Notes: a model not told the origin generated them from the sequence alone. DNA of 64,000 nucleotides from Glaucostegus cemiculus (GCA_976551045.1 CDPCPM010000052.1:11408001-11472000); one strand, 5' to 3'; shown: positions 37,500 to 51,559, counted from the first letter of the stretch. Program-made: numbers and translations.

Positions 37500-38110
37500 G
37501 TACCTAGGAGGTACCAGTATCAGCGTTTACTCAAGTCACTGCTCAGTTTCGTGCTAAAGCGAGTTTATAGGATATAATACTTGAAGTATTTGGGAGACCT
37601 CTGTAGACTTTTGGCACCAGCAGTTGACAGGATTGTGCAGTGCAGTACCAGCTGGGCGCAAAACCCCAAAAAGATCCCAAGCTGACTCTAACTACCTGGC
37701 CTATATCTGTCAACATGTGGTTGGTAATGAAATACTCGCCGAACACGGATCTCCTTGTCGTTTCCACAAACACGGTGCAATGAAAGCAGGCACTCGAACT
37801 TTGACCCTGCTGGGTAACGAGGCTGGCTCGGTACTGCTTTCCTTAGTGCGGGAGTGGCCACAAGAATCCAACAGATTCTTATCGGGCTGTGAAATCTGGT
37901 GTGCGAATACTATGCGGCAGAAATGTAGCACACGGAAGTCGCACGATGAGTCAATGGGCAATTCGGTGGTTGCTAGGACCTGCAGGATCCCGGGTCCAAC
38001 TGATGATGGCGGGCGCTAGGACCTGACGGACGCTCCACGGGTGCCGGAGTCGGGGCGGGAAAGTCTAGAATTGGGTTTGCAACGGCGGCGAAATTCAAAT
38101 AGTCAGTGAA
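37500..38110. promoter_or_regulatory. Orphan CpG-rich island with promoter/enhancer motifs
   Basis: High CpG density. ETS CGGAAGT (37933-37939), AP-1 TGAGTCA (37947-37953), RFX-like GTTGCTAGG (37969-37977), GC box GGGGCGGG (38052-38059), E2F GGCGGGAAA (38054-38062), CHR TTCAAA (38094-38099). Confidence 0.65.
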
Positions 38111-38448
38111 AAAGAAAATTCGACTTAAAATATGAGGAAAAATCCTCGTAAAAAATCATCAGAGAGCAGGTATCAGGAGAAAAATGACATTTCGGTGAAT
38201 ATTTTAGAATACGCACATTTAGGCTCTGAATTGTGGTGGGATCAGGGGGAAAAAACCTTAACTGGGTGAATGAACCTTCCCACCTCATTTATAATTTAAC
38301 AGAGAAGGAATGCCGAGTGAGGGCCAATATTTGAAAACTTCCCCCTTATGTATTTATCCTCAACTCCACCGGAAGATTCTGACTGAAGGAATCAAACCTA
38401 CATTAATTGAATCTGCAAAACAAAACACGGTATTCGGCCCAACTAATT

Positions 38449-39095
38449 CCAACAGATCAAAAATAATCTGCTGGAGGAACCCAGCAAGTCGAGCAGAATC
38501 TAAAGGGGGAAAGGAATGGTCAACGTTTCGGGTTAAATCTCTGCATCAGGACTGGCGTCGACCATTCCTCTCCCTCCACAGATGCTGCCTGACCGGCTGA
38601 GTTGCTCCAGCAACACACACACAATGTGGAGGAACTCAGCAGATAAGGGTTTGATGAAGTTTCGACCTGAAACGTCAACTAGTTATTTCCCTCCAATAGA
38701 AGCTGCCTGACGTGCTGAGTTCCTCCAGCATTTTGCGTGTGTTGTTCCAGATTCCGGCATCTGCAGAATTTCTTGTGTCTCCGAGTTCCTCCAACAAATT
38801 GTTTTTTTGCTCCAGATTCTGGCATCTGCGGTTTCTTGTGTGTCTAGTTCATACAGAAGTTTAATCTTCAGGTGAGGTTTCTTCCAACCTAATTGGGAAA
38901 AAAAATTGCAAATGTTGGAAACGTTAAATAATAAAAAAAATGCAGGAAACACTCAGCAGGTCAGGCAGCACCTGCGGAAAAAAACCCAACTATCGTCTGA
39001 GGTCTGGGATCCTTCATCCGAACTGGGAATGAAAGAAAACATGTTTTTAGTAGCAGAGGATGATGAAAGAATGGGTAGAACAAGGAATAACTCAT
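38449..39095. mobile_element. Cluster of Penelope-like terminal-repeat arms (inverted and tandem)
   Basis: Repeated ctgctggaggaac.cagc..gtc..gcagc arms and their reverse. Hammerhead-like cores at 38518-38554 (-), 38651-38680 (+) and ~38987-39025 (-). Confidence 0.8.
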
Positions 39096-39140
39096 TTGGC
39101 CTTGCCCTGTTGGGGATAAATTACTCGAATCAGATTTTAG

Positions 39141-39605
39141 TACAACTGTTGTTCTTGCAACCCTGGGATCTTGGTGGTGCTGGAATGGCAGATTTTCAGA
39201 ACTATTGGATGTTACTCCTATTATTACACCAACCCATGTTTAATTTACTTTATTTAGATGTTACACACTAGTATATTTTTTAAGTGAACCATGAGATTTT
39301 GAAGAGAGTGTAGGTAACAGGGCTCTGATGATTTTAAAGGGAGTAAGAGAACTAGGACCCTGGTGAGTTTAAAAAGAATGTGAGAATGGGAGTCCAGTGA
39401 GCTTGAAAGGAACATGGGATTGGGACTCCAGTGAACTTAAAAGGAGTTTAGGAGTGGTACCTTGCGTATGTTTAAAAGGAGTGTGTTATGAAGCTCCAAT
39501 GAGCTTGTGAAGAGTACTGGAAATTGGGCTCAGGAATATGGGAAACATTACCCAATTAATCAGATACCAAACAATTGGTTAACATGTTATCAGGGTTTTA
39601 CAGTT
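39141..39605 (-). mobile_element. Tc1/mariner (Tigger/pogo)-like MITE with internal ~35-bp minisatellite
   Basis: 39150-39290 aligns with the reverse complement of 61660-61753 + 62317-62372. Array (ggtgagtttaaagggagtgtgggaa..agggcc-like) at 39280-39540. End gggttttacagt. Confidence 0.6.
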
Positions 39606-39779
39606 GCAACAAGGCCCAACATAAGACTGAGAAATGCTTTATCTTTTGTTTGGGCACATTGCAGTCTTCAGGAGTCAATATTGAATTCTCCAACTTTTAG
39701 TACCTTGCTTTTTCTTTCTGTCTGTGTCAGAACTGGCCATTTCTGCTTGTTGTCATTTTGGCTCAGTTTTTCTTTTTCT

Positions 39780-41410
39780 ACTAGTACAGTCAAGCTAGAG
39801 AGGGTGAAGAAAAGATTCACAAGGATGCTAGAGTCATAGAATTTGGCATTTGGATAGGTACATGGAGGGAAGGGGCTTGGGGGATTGTGGGACGAATGCA
39901 GGCAACTGGGACTAGCAGGACCAGTTGGGCCAAAGGGCCTGTTTCCATGCCGTATTACCCTATGACTCTAATTATACAGCCCGGCAACTGGCCCTTTGGC
40001 CCAACTTGACTAAGATGTCTATCCCAGCTATTTGCATTTTCTTGCGCTTGACCCATATCCCACAAAACCTTTTCTATCCATGTACCTGTCTAAATGTATT
40101 TCGAACATTGTAATTGTACTTACCCCTACAGCTTCCTCTGACAAATCTTTCCCCTCTCACCTTAAATATATATCCTTTAGTTTTAGACTCCCCAAGCCTG
40201 GGAAAAAGATTGGCCATCCACCATATCTATGCTGCTCAAGATTTCACATACCTCTACAAGGTGCTACCAGGACTGGAGGGCTTGAGTTATAGAAAGAAAC
40301 TGGATAGGCTGGGACAATAACTCAGGTGGGCATGGCTAACTTAAAATTTCCAAATTTGCAAATCTTTGAAGGGTGGTAAACAGAAAGACAGTAATAGATT
40401 TCAAGAAGATAATTGATAGGCAGAATAGGGAAATGAGTGGCAAATAACATTTAATATAGAGTAATATGAAGTGATGCTCTTTGACAGAAAGAGAGAAGAT
40501 ACTATATGGAGTAAATTCTTTCAAAGGAAATGGAGGAACTTTTGAACCTTGGTGTATTTATGCATAAATCTTTTAAAAATAACAGGCATGTTGAGAGCAT
40601 GGTTAGTAAAACATGGGATAAAGGGATTCATTATTAGAGACACAGTGCAAAAGCAGGGACGTTACATTGAACTTGTACAAAATATTGGTTAGGCCACAAC
40701 TGGAGTATTGCATCCGATTCTGGTTTCCAAACTTTAGGAAGGATATGAAGGTTCTAAAGAGGATGCTGTAAATAGTTCCAAGGATGAAGAATTTCATCTG
40801 TACCACAGATCTGGCAGATAGCTAATATAATACCTATATTTAAGAAGGGAACTAGGATATTTCCTGGAAATCATAGATCAGTCAGCTTTAACATTGGGAC
40901 AGAAAGCATAATAGAATCACCACTAAAGGTGAGAATAGAACATCGAAACAAAAAAAGTACAAGAACAATCAGCATGGGTTTCCAAAAAGAAAATCTGTTT
41001 AAACAACCTTATTGAATTTTTTGAGGAAGTAAAGTGGGAATAGATAATGGTAATGCAGTAGATGTGATTTATCTAGACTTTCAAAAAGCCTTTGATAAGA
41101 TACCTCATAATGAATAAAGACTAATGAATAAGGTAAGAGAATGCATAATCGGAGGACAACTAGCATAATGGATAACTAGCTGTCTTTAGGACCAAAAGCA
41201 GAGAGTAAGAGTAAAAGAGAAACTGTTTGCCGAGGAAGAAGGTGGATATTGCTGCTGCACAAAGATTAGTGCTGGGATCACTTACATATATGAATTAGAC
41301 TCTGGAATGAAAAACAGTTCTGAAATTTATGGATAATACCAAATTGGAAGGATTAGTCAACATTGAAGAGAACTGCAACAAATCACTGGAGAACCCTAAC
41401 AAATGCAGAA
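39780..41410. mobile_element. Cluster of CR1 fragments (mostly +; one - copy at ~39970-40260)
   Basis: LERVKKRFTRML, LYKILVRPQLEYCIRFW, ANIIPIFKKG and VDVIYLDFQKAFDKIPH motifs. Confidence 0.8.
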
Positions 41411-44400
41411 GTCCTCCAATTTGCCTGTCTCTTCTCATCAGTGGCAGAAAGACCAGGAACAAGGGAGGCTGAAGTATATACTTACGTTGAGGAACTGCCC
41501 CTTGCATTGCTGGAACAGAGGTTGCAGAACTCCCTTGTTCTTGCAAGAGGTTGCAGAACTCCCAAAGGTTTTAAATAAAACACAAATTCATTCAGTGAGC
41601 CTGGGTGTACACAAAATGCTTTAAAAATCTATTTTCTAGAACTGGTCCTTGCAACACAACTAAGCAGGAACAGCTCTACACAGGAAATCTTTCCACACAC
41701 TGAAAATGCATGGAGGGGATTTCCCAGAGAAGTCTTCAGTTGTGTTGTTATCAGTTGTAAAAATGTTTTTCTTGAATTTCTTATTTAATTATTAGTGTCC
41801 ATTTATGCTGCCCAGGTTTTATTTTGTTTTCCCATAACTGTAAATGTAGTTTCTCTGCAACTATTGCATTAAGTTTATAATCTTAAAGATGTCTTACAGG
41901 TCATCTATCAGCCTTCTATTAGAAAAAAATGGGTGTCTTCTCTTTAGGTTTTCTGATGTCTTAGAAGGCAGTTTATGTTTTAGGGAGCACCTCACTTGCA
42001 CCCATTAAGCTGAAAGACAAGGTGGCCTTAAGGGAGTTGGGGGAACTGAAGACAGGTAGGGATTGGTCCCTCTTTGACAATCCTCACCCTCACCACAGTC
42101 ATGGTTGTCAGATGGATTGTTATGGAGACCTAACTTATGTGTCTATTCCCCACCAGAACACTTACATTCCTTGCCTTCAACCAGACTAAATAAGTCAGCT
42201 TTCTGTATGATGTTCAAGTAGATTGAACAATGCAACTGAGACTGGACCTTCCCTCATCCCACAAACACTTTCCATCAGATGTTATTTGGATGGTGATCAG
42301 CAACCTGGCTAATAATAATTAATGTTCTTAACTATAATGAAAATAGATGAAGGATATGAGCATTAGGATATCCTTCAGAAAGATAGAGGAAATTTTGTTA
42401 AAACACATTTATATAAACAAATGTGGTTACAATTTTGATGACAGCTAGATCCACTAAATAACATGGAAATAGATCAATATTTAACTTGTTTGGTTGATGG
42501 AGGGATCATGCTCTCGGCACCAGGAGAACTCTTCTGTCAAGCCATGGACTGTTAATATCCACCTGAATATGTAGAACAGTGACACAATGCCTTACTGAAA
42601 AATAATAGTCCCAAAAGACTTACTGATTTGTACTAATGTGGTAGTTACCCTTCATACTTTAAAAGGACTGGTGGACAATATTATTAGGGAAAACTGAGAA
42701 CCTGATAGAGAGATATTCTCTATAGTTTTCATGCATCTGCCCTCCTGGATTTGATCATCATAGCTATTTGTATTTTCCTTTTGTGGATGGTATATCTACA
42801 CAAATAGTTCTTGTGGCAACTGATAAGGTTATGTGTTGCTGTTCACTAGTTAATGGTTATGAATTTGACAACAGCTGCTATTGGTATTACACACATTGAC
42901 ACTGATCTTGAGTGATTTTAATTTCTTTTTTGTTGTACATCCTTCTTCCATTTCGTTTATTCCAATATCGATTACAGTCAGAGTAACCCAACTCATTGTT
43001 TTAAAAATCAAGCCCTTCTGTGCAACTCACACCATTTCTTATTTCTTAACTGAATTAATATATTTTTGATTATATGTATCTCCTTTTTATTCAGATGTAA
43101 CGGTCTTGACTGTAAACTAGTGCTGGTCCAGAGACCTGTGTAGATTGTGTAGGTAGAGGTGTCAGTGTAGCATGAGTAAAGTGCGACTGAAAAAAGTGGA
43201 AGAAATTTCACTTATATTGTACCTACCTCAGTCTTGAGACGTTTCACTGTTTTACGCCAGTAAAATGTAGTTGCAATAAACATGGTATCTATTAGCGCAC
43301 AGCAAGGTCCTAGAAGTAGCATTGTGATATTGTGTTTTGTTTTGGTGTTGGCTGATAAGTAGCTCAGACACCAGGGAGAACTGTTGCAAGAGATGTCTTT
43401 GGATGTGAAGTTAGACCAAGGTCTTATCTGCTGTTGAAATCATGCATCTGTCAGCCTGCCAGGGACTGATTGGCACTATATGAGATCCTTTTAGTGTTCT
43501 GTAAGATGAGATGCCTTGACTTGTGCATTATGTTGATATCAATATGAATATGATTGCTTGGTGTTCTTAAGTATCATGAAATATCTTTGCCTATATCCCT
43601 GAAAGACCATAGTGTCAAACCAGCCAAGTTGCTCAAGGTGTTATTGGTTACATGTGGATGACACTACATTGTGGAAAGGTGCTAGCAACATCACCCTCTG
43701 GTTGCAGTTTTTCTGAATTCAGACATGGTTCTAAAGAACTCCAGCATTATCCATCTTACCATAGTTTGATAATATATTGCCCTAAGAAATTAACTGGTTG
43801 ATAGTAGTTAATGGTTAAGAATAAATATGAAGACAGATCATTTTGGTGTCATGTTTTTCCAAAGTTAGCTGATTCATTTCATACCTTTTGTTGTCTTTGG
43901 GCTCATGGCAAGACAATTTTATCGTTATGACAAGTTGCTTGGTAGTGAGATGCAGAACCTCAAGTGTGAATCAGTTGAGCCTAATTAGTTGTAATCACAA
44001 ATTTCATATGACTTTTTGTAAGCTATGTTGAAGCTTGCAATATGCTTAAGTTATAAAGTTTCCCCAATGTCCAAATGTATATGGCAGGATATCCAATAAA
44101 GAAATTCAAACCTGCTAATTGTAAGCACTAACTCTTGTATGATTCCCTTAATGATGGCAAAAGATATTTATGTGCAGTCCATCAATAACTGCTCTCTTAA
44201 GTATTCAATTCTGAGCTAAACAAATGTATCTTGGTTTTCATCTGTAGACACAGTTGCCGCAGTTATCTGACCTATGTCAAAAGCACTGATCAGGTCAATA
44301 AAGACTGTGTACTTACATCCTAATCCTATCACATATCCTAAATTTGAAGAAAATATTGAAAATGACAGTAGAATAATGCATTACAGGGATTTCCATGTTA

Positions 44401-46139
44401 TGACTTGACTTATGGAAATCTAACTTTATGCAAATTCTCCCATACTTTTTAAAGCATTTTGAAGCTAGTAGTAAGAATAATAATAATAAAATGTTGTCCA
44501 TTTGTGGAATTTCTTTTACCCTCTGCATGAAATAATATTTCCTAACTTCACTTCTGAAAAACTTTGCTTTCATTTTTAGATTGTGTCTCTTAATCCCAGA
44601 CTCCCCAATAAACAGAAGTAATTTGAACCAAAAATTTTATCAAATAGCACAATGATTTTATCCATTACATGATGGAATTTCATCTAAAACAACATTTGCA
44701 CATTGTTCTTCTGGAAATTCTAGTGCTGTTATTCTTGCCTATGATTTTTTAAACACCAAGGCTACTGGGTGTGTTTGAGTGACATCAGATGACATGCAAC
44801 ACATGACAAGTGCCACTCTAGGGATTTTCAGAAGTGAACTGGCAATTCTTGATTTCAGGAACAATCCTTACCTGGATGCAAAGTCCTGGTTAACTGAAGG
44901 GTCCATGCCTACTTGGCTGCTGTGGAGGTGTCCAGTGGAGAATGTTCCATTAGGATGGTGCTGAGGCTAACTTTCCTGAAGGTAAATTCTGAGTTTTTCC
45001 CTTTTCTACTGAGGGAACTTGATGCAACCCTTGGCCAGAGCACCCACCTTTTATGGGTGATTTTACAACGGCTGTCAGAAACATGTCCACACCAACCCTG
45101 CCTTTCAGTTCCCATTGGGGAACGCTGGAAGAATGTGGAGGCAAAGTTGCGCTTTGGGTGCACATTTACCTGAACACATCCTTGGACTCTTGATTTTAAA
45201 ATATACGCTGCATTATACTATGTGCACTTTGGAACATTAGTCCATGTGGCCTCAAACAAAATTGACACAAGTCTTTCAAGCAGTATGAATTCAGCTTGAA
45301 TTGAAGAATTCCTAGGCCTCTATTTATCTTAATAGTTCTTAACGTATTGAAAATTTCAAGTACATCTCCTCTTCACCTTGAGAATTCCAGAAAATATCAC
45401 ATTAATTTGTATAAATTAATTCACAGGGTACGGATATTATTCTAGTAAATCCGTGCCTCATTTCCTTCAATATACCCTTTCTAAGATGTGGTGTCTGGAT
45501 CAGTTCAACATTCCAAATGTAGGCTAACCAGTGACATTAAATCATTTATCATTGTTAGTATTTTTAGTGACATATAGCCACCACTGAGATTGGAGATCAG
45601 TGAAAGCCAACAAAGTACATGAGGAATCCATAGTTTAAAAATGGGAAACTAGAATGGATTATTGTAGAAAGAGTAGTACAAATTTTCTTTTATTTTGACC
45701 ATGAGAAATTCTGTGGGCAATACATATAAAGGTATAGAAATTGCTGGCAAGCTTAGAATTTTAAATGATATAAACCACTCGAGCTGCTGAAACTGTTTCT
45801 GACATTCAGCTCCCTTTTGGCTAATTGTTATTCATAGTTTTTGTGCTTTGTTTTGCTGCTTTTCTTCTGCAGGTAACTTCCTTTCTGTGGGATTAGGCCT
45901 CATGAGTGGCTGATGCACATTTTTAAATACTGCAGAACTGATCAGCATAAAGCCAGAATGGGACTAAACTGAGCAGGAGACATATTCATTTAAGAACAAT
46001 ATTCACATGCACAACTGCCAGAACTTTTCTTTGTAAAAGTGATTTTAAATTAGGAAAATGTGGTAGAGTGGATTTACATAACTGAAATGGTATGATTGTT
46101 GTTATGTTGCTGGGTTTATGATTGTATCTTCACTGATAG

Positions 46140-46420
46140 AAAGGCAACTCGCATTTATTTAGCTCCCTTAACATAATAAAATGTTCCATTGTGCCTCACA
46201 GTCAAAAGTTAACACTAACCTATATTAGGATAGGTAAAGCTGATCAAAGAGGTAGTCTTTAAAGAATACCTTTATAAAGAGCCACAAATGTAGAGAGGTG
46301 GAGAGATTTAGTGAGAGAATGCCAGGGGAATACAAGGCATAGTCACTAATGATGGGATGAAGAAAATTAGGGGTGTGTGAGTGGCCAGAATTGGAAGAGC
46401 GCAAAGACTGAGGAAGTTTA
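46140..46420 (-). mobile_element. L2 3' end
   Basis: aactcgcatttatttagc...aagctgatcaaagaggtagtctttaaagaat...gagaggtggagagatttag. Confidence 0.6.
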
Positions 46421-46619
46421 CTGAATTTAATTCATTTCTCATATTCTCAGTATTTCTTCCTGGTATGGTCACTTCCATGGAAGTTTGAAATAGAAGTAGA
46501 AAATTCTGGAAATGCTCAGTGTGTCAAGCAGCATCTATAGAGAGTGAAACAGACAGAGAAAAGGGTAGTGTGAAGAGGACAAAGGAAATGCCTGTGATGA
46601 GGTGGAGACTCAAGAGATA

Positions 46620-49435
46620 GAATAATGCAAATAGTGCTTGGAAAATAGTAATCGGCTTGGGCAGAGTCAATGTGGATTTATGAAAGGGAAATCATATTTA
46701 ACAAAGCTTGGAATTTTTTGATGCTATATACCGAGCAGAATAGGTCTCAGTGAAACAGTTAATTTAGAGTATTTAGGCTTTCAAAAGGTCTTTGATAAAG
46801 GGGATTATTAAATGCAATTAGAGCACGTGGTATAGGGGGTAATATAACAGCGGCATGGTTACACTGGTAGGAGAGTTGCTGCTTTACATTTCCGGCAACT
46901 TGTTTTCAGTCCTCACCTCTGGTGCCGTCTGTGTGGAATTTGCACATTCTCCTTGTGACTGCACAGGATTTTTATGGGTTCTCTAGTTTCTTCCCACATC
47001 TCAAAGACTTAGCCGCTATAATTTGCAAATGGTATGTTCATGAATGGTAGAGTCTGGTAGGACTTGTTGGGAATGTGGGGAGAATAAAAGGAGATTAGTA
47101 CGCGATTAGCTAAAAATGGTTGCTTGATCACTGGTGCGAACTTGGTGGGAAGAAGGGATTTTTTTGTGCTGTATGACACTATGATTGTGGATTGAGGACT
47201 GGTTAACAGACAAAAAGCAGAGAGTCAGTATAAACAGATTATTTTCTTATTTGGAGGCTGTAACCACTGGGGCCCCAGCTATTCACAATATCTAGGAATG
47301 ATTTGGATGAGGGGATCAAATTTAATACATTCAGATTTGCAGATGATACAAAGCTCTGTAACAGGGTGGATGCAAGGAGGACACAGAGAAGAATCAGAGG
47401 GGTATAGCCAGGACAAATGAATAGGTAAGCATATGGAAGATGGAATGTAATGTGGAAAAATGACAGCTCATGCAATTTAGTAAAAAAAATAGAAAGGTGA
47501 ATTAGTTTTTAAATGGTGAGCGATTGAATGGTTTTAGTGTTCAGAGAGACTTGGGTGTCCTTTTACACAATTCACTGTAAAGTAATATTCAGGTACATAC
47601 AGCAAGATGGAATTTTGGCCTTTTATTTCAAGTGAATTTGAGTGCAAGAGTAGAGACATTTTGCTCCATTTATATAAGGCCCTGTGGAGTTGCATTTGGA
47701 ATATTGTGTACAGATTTGGCCTCTCAAGCTAAGGAAAGGTATACCTACAATAGTGGGAGTGTAACAAAGGTTCAGCAGATTAATTCAAGGGGTGTTGGAT
47801 TGTCATATATGAGAAGGGATTAAGCATTCTGGGCCTATACCAGTTTAGATTCATAGAGTTATATAGCATGGAAACAGGCCCTTCAGCCAAACTTGTCAAT
47901 GCCCATCTAGGCAAATCCAATTTGCCTGTACTTGGCCCATATCCCTCTAAAGCGTTCCTATCTATTTGCCTGTTCAAATGTCTTTTAAATGTTGTAATTG
48001 TACCTGCCTCTACCACTTCCTCGGACAGCTCTTTCCGTATACCCATCACCCTCTGTATGAAAAGTTTGCCCCTCAGATCCCCTTTAAATCTTTTCCCTCT
48101 CACCTTCAAGCTATGCCATCTTTTTTTAGACTCCCTACCCTGGAAAAAAGACTGACTTGACTATCAACCCTACCTATCCCCTTCACAAGTTTATAAACCT
48201 CCACAGGGTCACCTCTCAGCCTCCTTCGTCCCAGCCAATCCAACCTCTCCATTTTATTCAAGCCCTCCATTCAGACAACAGTCCTGTGAATCTTTTTAGC
48301 TTAATCACATCCTTCCTATAGCTTACCAACCAGAACTGCACACAATACTTCAAGTGCAGCTTAACCAATGATTTGTACAACTGTAACATGTTGTCCTAAC
48401 TCCTATATTAAATGCCTCAGCCGATGACGGCAAGTATACCAAATATCTTCTTCATCACTCTGTCTACTTATGTCACATGTGTTGTATGCCAACATTTTGC
48501 TGTTCAATAACACTCTCTAAGTCCCTACCATTCACTGTGTATGTGCTGGCCTGGTTTAACATCCCAAAATGCATCACTTTCACACTTGTCTGAGTTAACT
48601 TACATCAGCCATTACCTTACCCCCGTTCCCAGTTGATCTAGATCCTGTTGTAACCTTAGACAATTTTCTTCACTGTCCATTATATCACCGATTTTAGTGT
48701 TGTCTGCAAACCTACTAATCATGTCACCTACATTCTCTTCCAAACCATTATTATATATGATGAACAATAAAGGACCCAGCACTGTTCTCTGGCACAGTAT
48801 TGGTTACAGTTCTTCAATCTGAAAAGCTGCACTCTAATACTACCCTCTGCCTCCTACCACCAAGACCACTTTGCGTCCAATTTCTACCTTGCCCTGGATT
48901 CCAAGTAATCTAATCCTTTGGATCAACCTACCATATGTGACCTTGTCAAAGGCCTTGCTAAAGTTCATGAAGACAATGTACATCGCCCTGCCCTTATCAA
49001 TCCTCTTGGTCACCTCCATAAAAGTACTTGAAAAGAATGAGAGATGATCTCACAGAAATATATAAAATTCTTAAAGGGCTTGATTGGGTAAATGTGGAGT
49101 TGATGTTTTCCCTGGGAAGTGTGCCTAGAACTAGAGGGCACAATCTCAAAATAAATCTTCAGCCAGTTAGGTCAATGATGTGAAGAAATATCTTCACCCA
49201 AGGTGTAGTGAATCTTCAAAAATCTCTGCCCATCAGGGCTGGAGAGGCTCTGTCATTGAGTATATTCAAGACAGAGATTAGTAGAGTTTTTTTTAGATAT
49301 TAAGGGAGTGTTGGGATATGGAGTTAGTGCAGGAAAATGGCAATGAAGTGAAAGATCAGCCATGATCTTGGTGAATGGGGTAACTGGCATAAGGAGTTTA
49401 CTGGTCTGTCCCTGCTTCTATTTCCAACCTTCTTA
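46620..49435 (+). mobile_element. CR1 LINE with nested V-SINE (46849-47185, +) and nested CR1 (47850-49020, -)
   Basis: QSQCGFMKGKSYLT, GPQLFTI..NDLD, RFADDTKL. Resumes at ~49030 with RMRDDLTEIYKILKGLD. The nested copy has the ORF KVRGKRFKGDLRGKLFIQRV. Confidence 0.85.
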
Positions 49436-49564
49436 TAGAGGTGGTGCCACAGGGAGAGGGTGGTGAAGGTTTGTTAATTGCAGTTGATTAATTTGGAGGA
49501 GATATTAAAAGAGGGAAATGAATGGTGATGGAGGAGAGGGGAAAATTGCTGGAAAAATTGAGTA

Positions 49565-50345
49565 TAGGAAATCTAAATTTAAAAAAGGCTAGAAATACCC
49601 ATCAGACCAGGCAACATCTGGGGAGACATAAAAACTGAATTAATGTTACAGTTTGATAACCTTTTATCACACTCAACCATTCTGAAAACATGGGGAAAAC
49701 TGGAAACTCAAAATTGTTGATTTCATTATTGAATCCTGAGGTCCTTGGTGTGTCTAGCCAGAAGGTGAGATTCTGTTCTTTGAGCTGGCTTTAGGATTTG
49801 TTGGAACAAATATGTGTGTGGTCTTCTGCACTATTACAACAAGGTTCAACATAAGCTTGAGGAACATCTTCGAATTGAGCATTTTGTAGCCTCCTGGATC
49901 ACAATATTGAATTCAGCAAATTCAGGCAACCTGTTTTCTCTGTCTGCAATGCAACTGGCCAGTTCTGCAGGAATATTGACCCAGTTTTTCTCTCTCTACT
50001 AACACAGCCTGACCAGCTTGGCATTTCGTACAGCTCTGTAATTCCTAGCCTTAACGCTCCTTTGTTTTTGTTTTTCTCGAATTTCCCTCATAAATCTATC
50101 AAATTCATCAACGTCTTATCACCATGGTAATCCTGGTTTCATTCTATAAGAGATATTCCCTTCCATCACTCTCAGTACCCTTTCTGCAACTTTAAAACAA
50201 ATTTGTTTTCTCTCTTTCCCACTTCCGATGAAGAGTTTTCAACCTGAAACGTTAACTCTGTTTCTCTTGTCACAGGTATTGCTTGACCTGCAAAGTGTTT
50301 CCAGCACTTTCTGGTATATTCCAATGTGCCGAGCTGCAGTCTTTC
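49565..50345. mobile_element. Penelope-like element with 5' inversion
   Basis: CGLLHYYNKVQHKLEEHL (49814-50002, +), an inverted copy at ~49580-49810, and a terminal arm with hammerhead-like core at 50221-50257. Confidence 0.7.
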
Positions 50346-51559
50346 AGGACAAATTCAGGCTGAGTAAATTGAATAACAGACCCAAATCCTTTCTGTGATG
50401 AACATTTTAGGTCAAAAAAGAGATTTATTTCTGTTAATCTCTTAAGAAAAAAATGAATAGGAAAATTTGAGAAAAATATTTCATTATTTTTTGATTACTT
50501 GGGTTGTGTTCTATTGAAATAGGAGTTCAAGTTTTTGCCTTCCCATCAAATCTTGCTTTCAAGTGCACTGTAATGCATCCGATACTTTGCTTAAGTGGCT
50601 TTTTGGAGTTAGTATGTGAGTTTCTGCAGGCTTTTGACTGTGGTTGATATCACAGGTAACCCTGAGCCATCCTAACCTGATTTCTGCACGTATGCAGTTT
50701 CTGACAGTGATCAGTCGTGATAACCCTGGCTTCTTCTCCTTTAATAGTAGGGTTCATGTAGTAAGCTAAACCAGAAAGTATCAAAGATCAAACCTGACAC
50801 TTTCTGGATGGTGTGGTTTAGTACGAAACTGAGTACTTTTTATGGCTTCTGGGCCACAGAAGGAGCAAGTCTACTTTCTCCAAACAAGGATACTCATAGG
50901 TATGGCTTGTATAGCTACTGGTAGAATATTTGTCCTGCATAGTATTCATGATGTAAGGGGAAAGAAACAATGAACTTAGGCTATATTTTTAAAGAAATAC
51001 ATGTAATTTGGAAACTATTTCACACACTTATAATTTTTTTTCAATAGTTCTGTCCTTAATGGAATTCACCACTTAAAGCCTTTTTCTCTACCCCAGGGCA
51101 AATTAGTGATGGGAATGATCTTTTGCACTTCGGAGCACTACTTTCATTTTAGTGCCAAATGCTGTCGTAGGATCACCCACATCATGGAAGGAGGCCTTTT
51201 GTTCCATTGAACCTCATGCCTAACCTCTGTAAGAATAGTCTTGTCAGTTCCATTCCCCACCCTCTTACCCGTTTCTCTGAAATTCCCCCTGCTCTCTTCC
51301 TCCCAGTATCTCCTATTCCCTTTTGAAAATGGTAATTGAATCTTCTCCCAAAACCTGCTCAGGTGGTGAATTCCACTTCCAGAATGCCTGCCACCAATGT
51401 TATGGCCTTCAAGTAGTTCAAACTAGCTTTCAGTGTGTCATAGAAGCATACAGCATAGAAGCAGACCCTTCAGCCCCTCAGGTCCATGCTAGCCATCCAA
51501 GTACCCATTTATACTAACCTCATTTACATTTTTAGCCACTATGGTATTGTTGCCCTTGT

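Noticed and set aside
37624-38019. 131-aa ORF in the orphan CpG island
   Set aside because: TTG start, no recognisable domain, and stop-poor GC-rich context explains the length.
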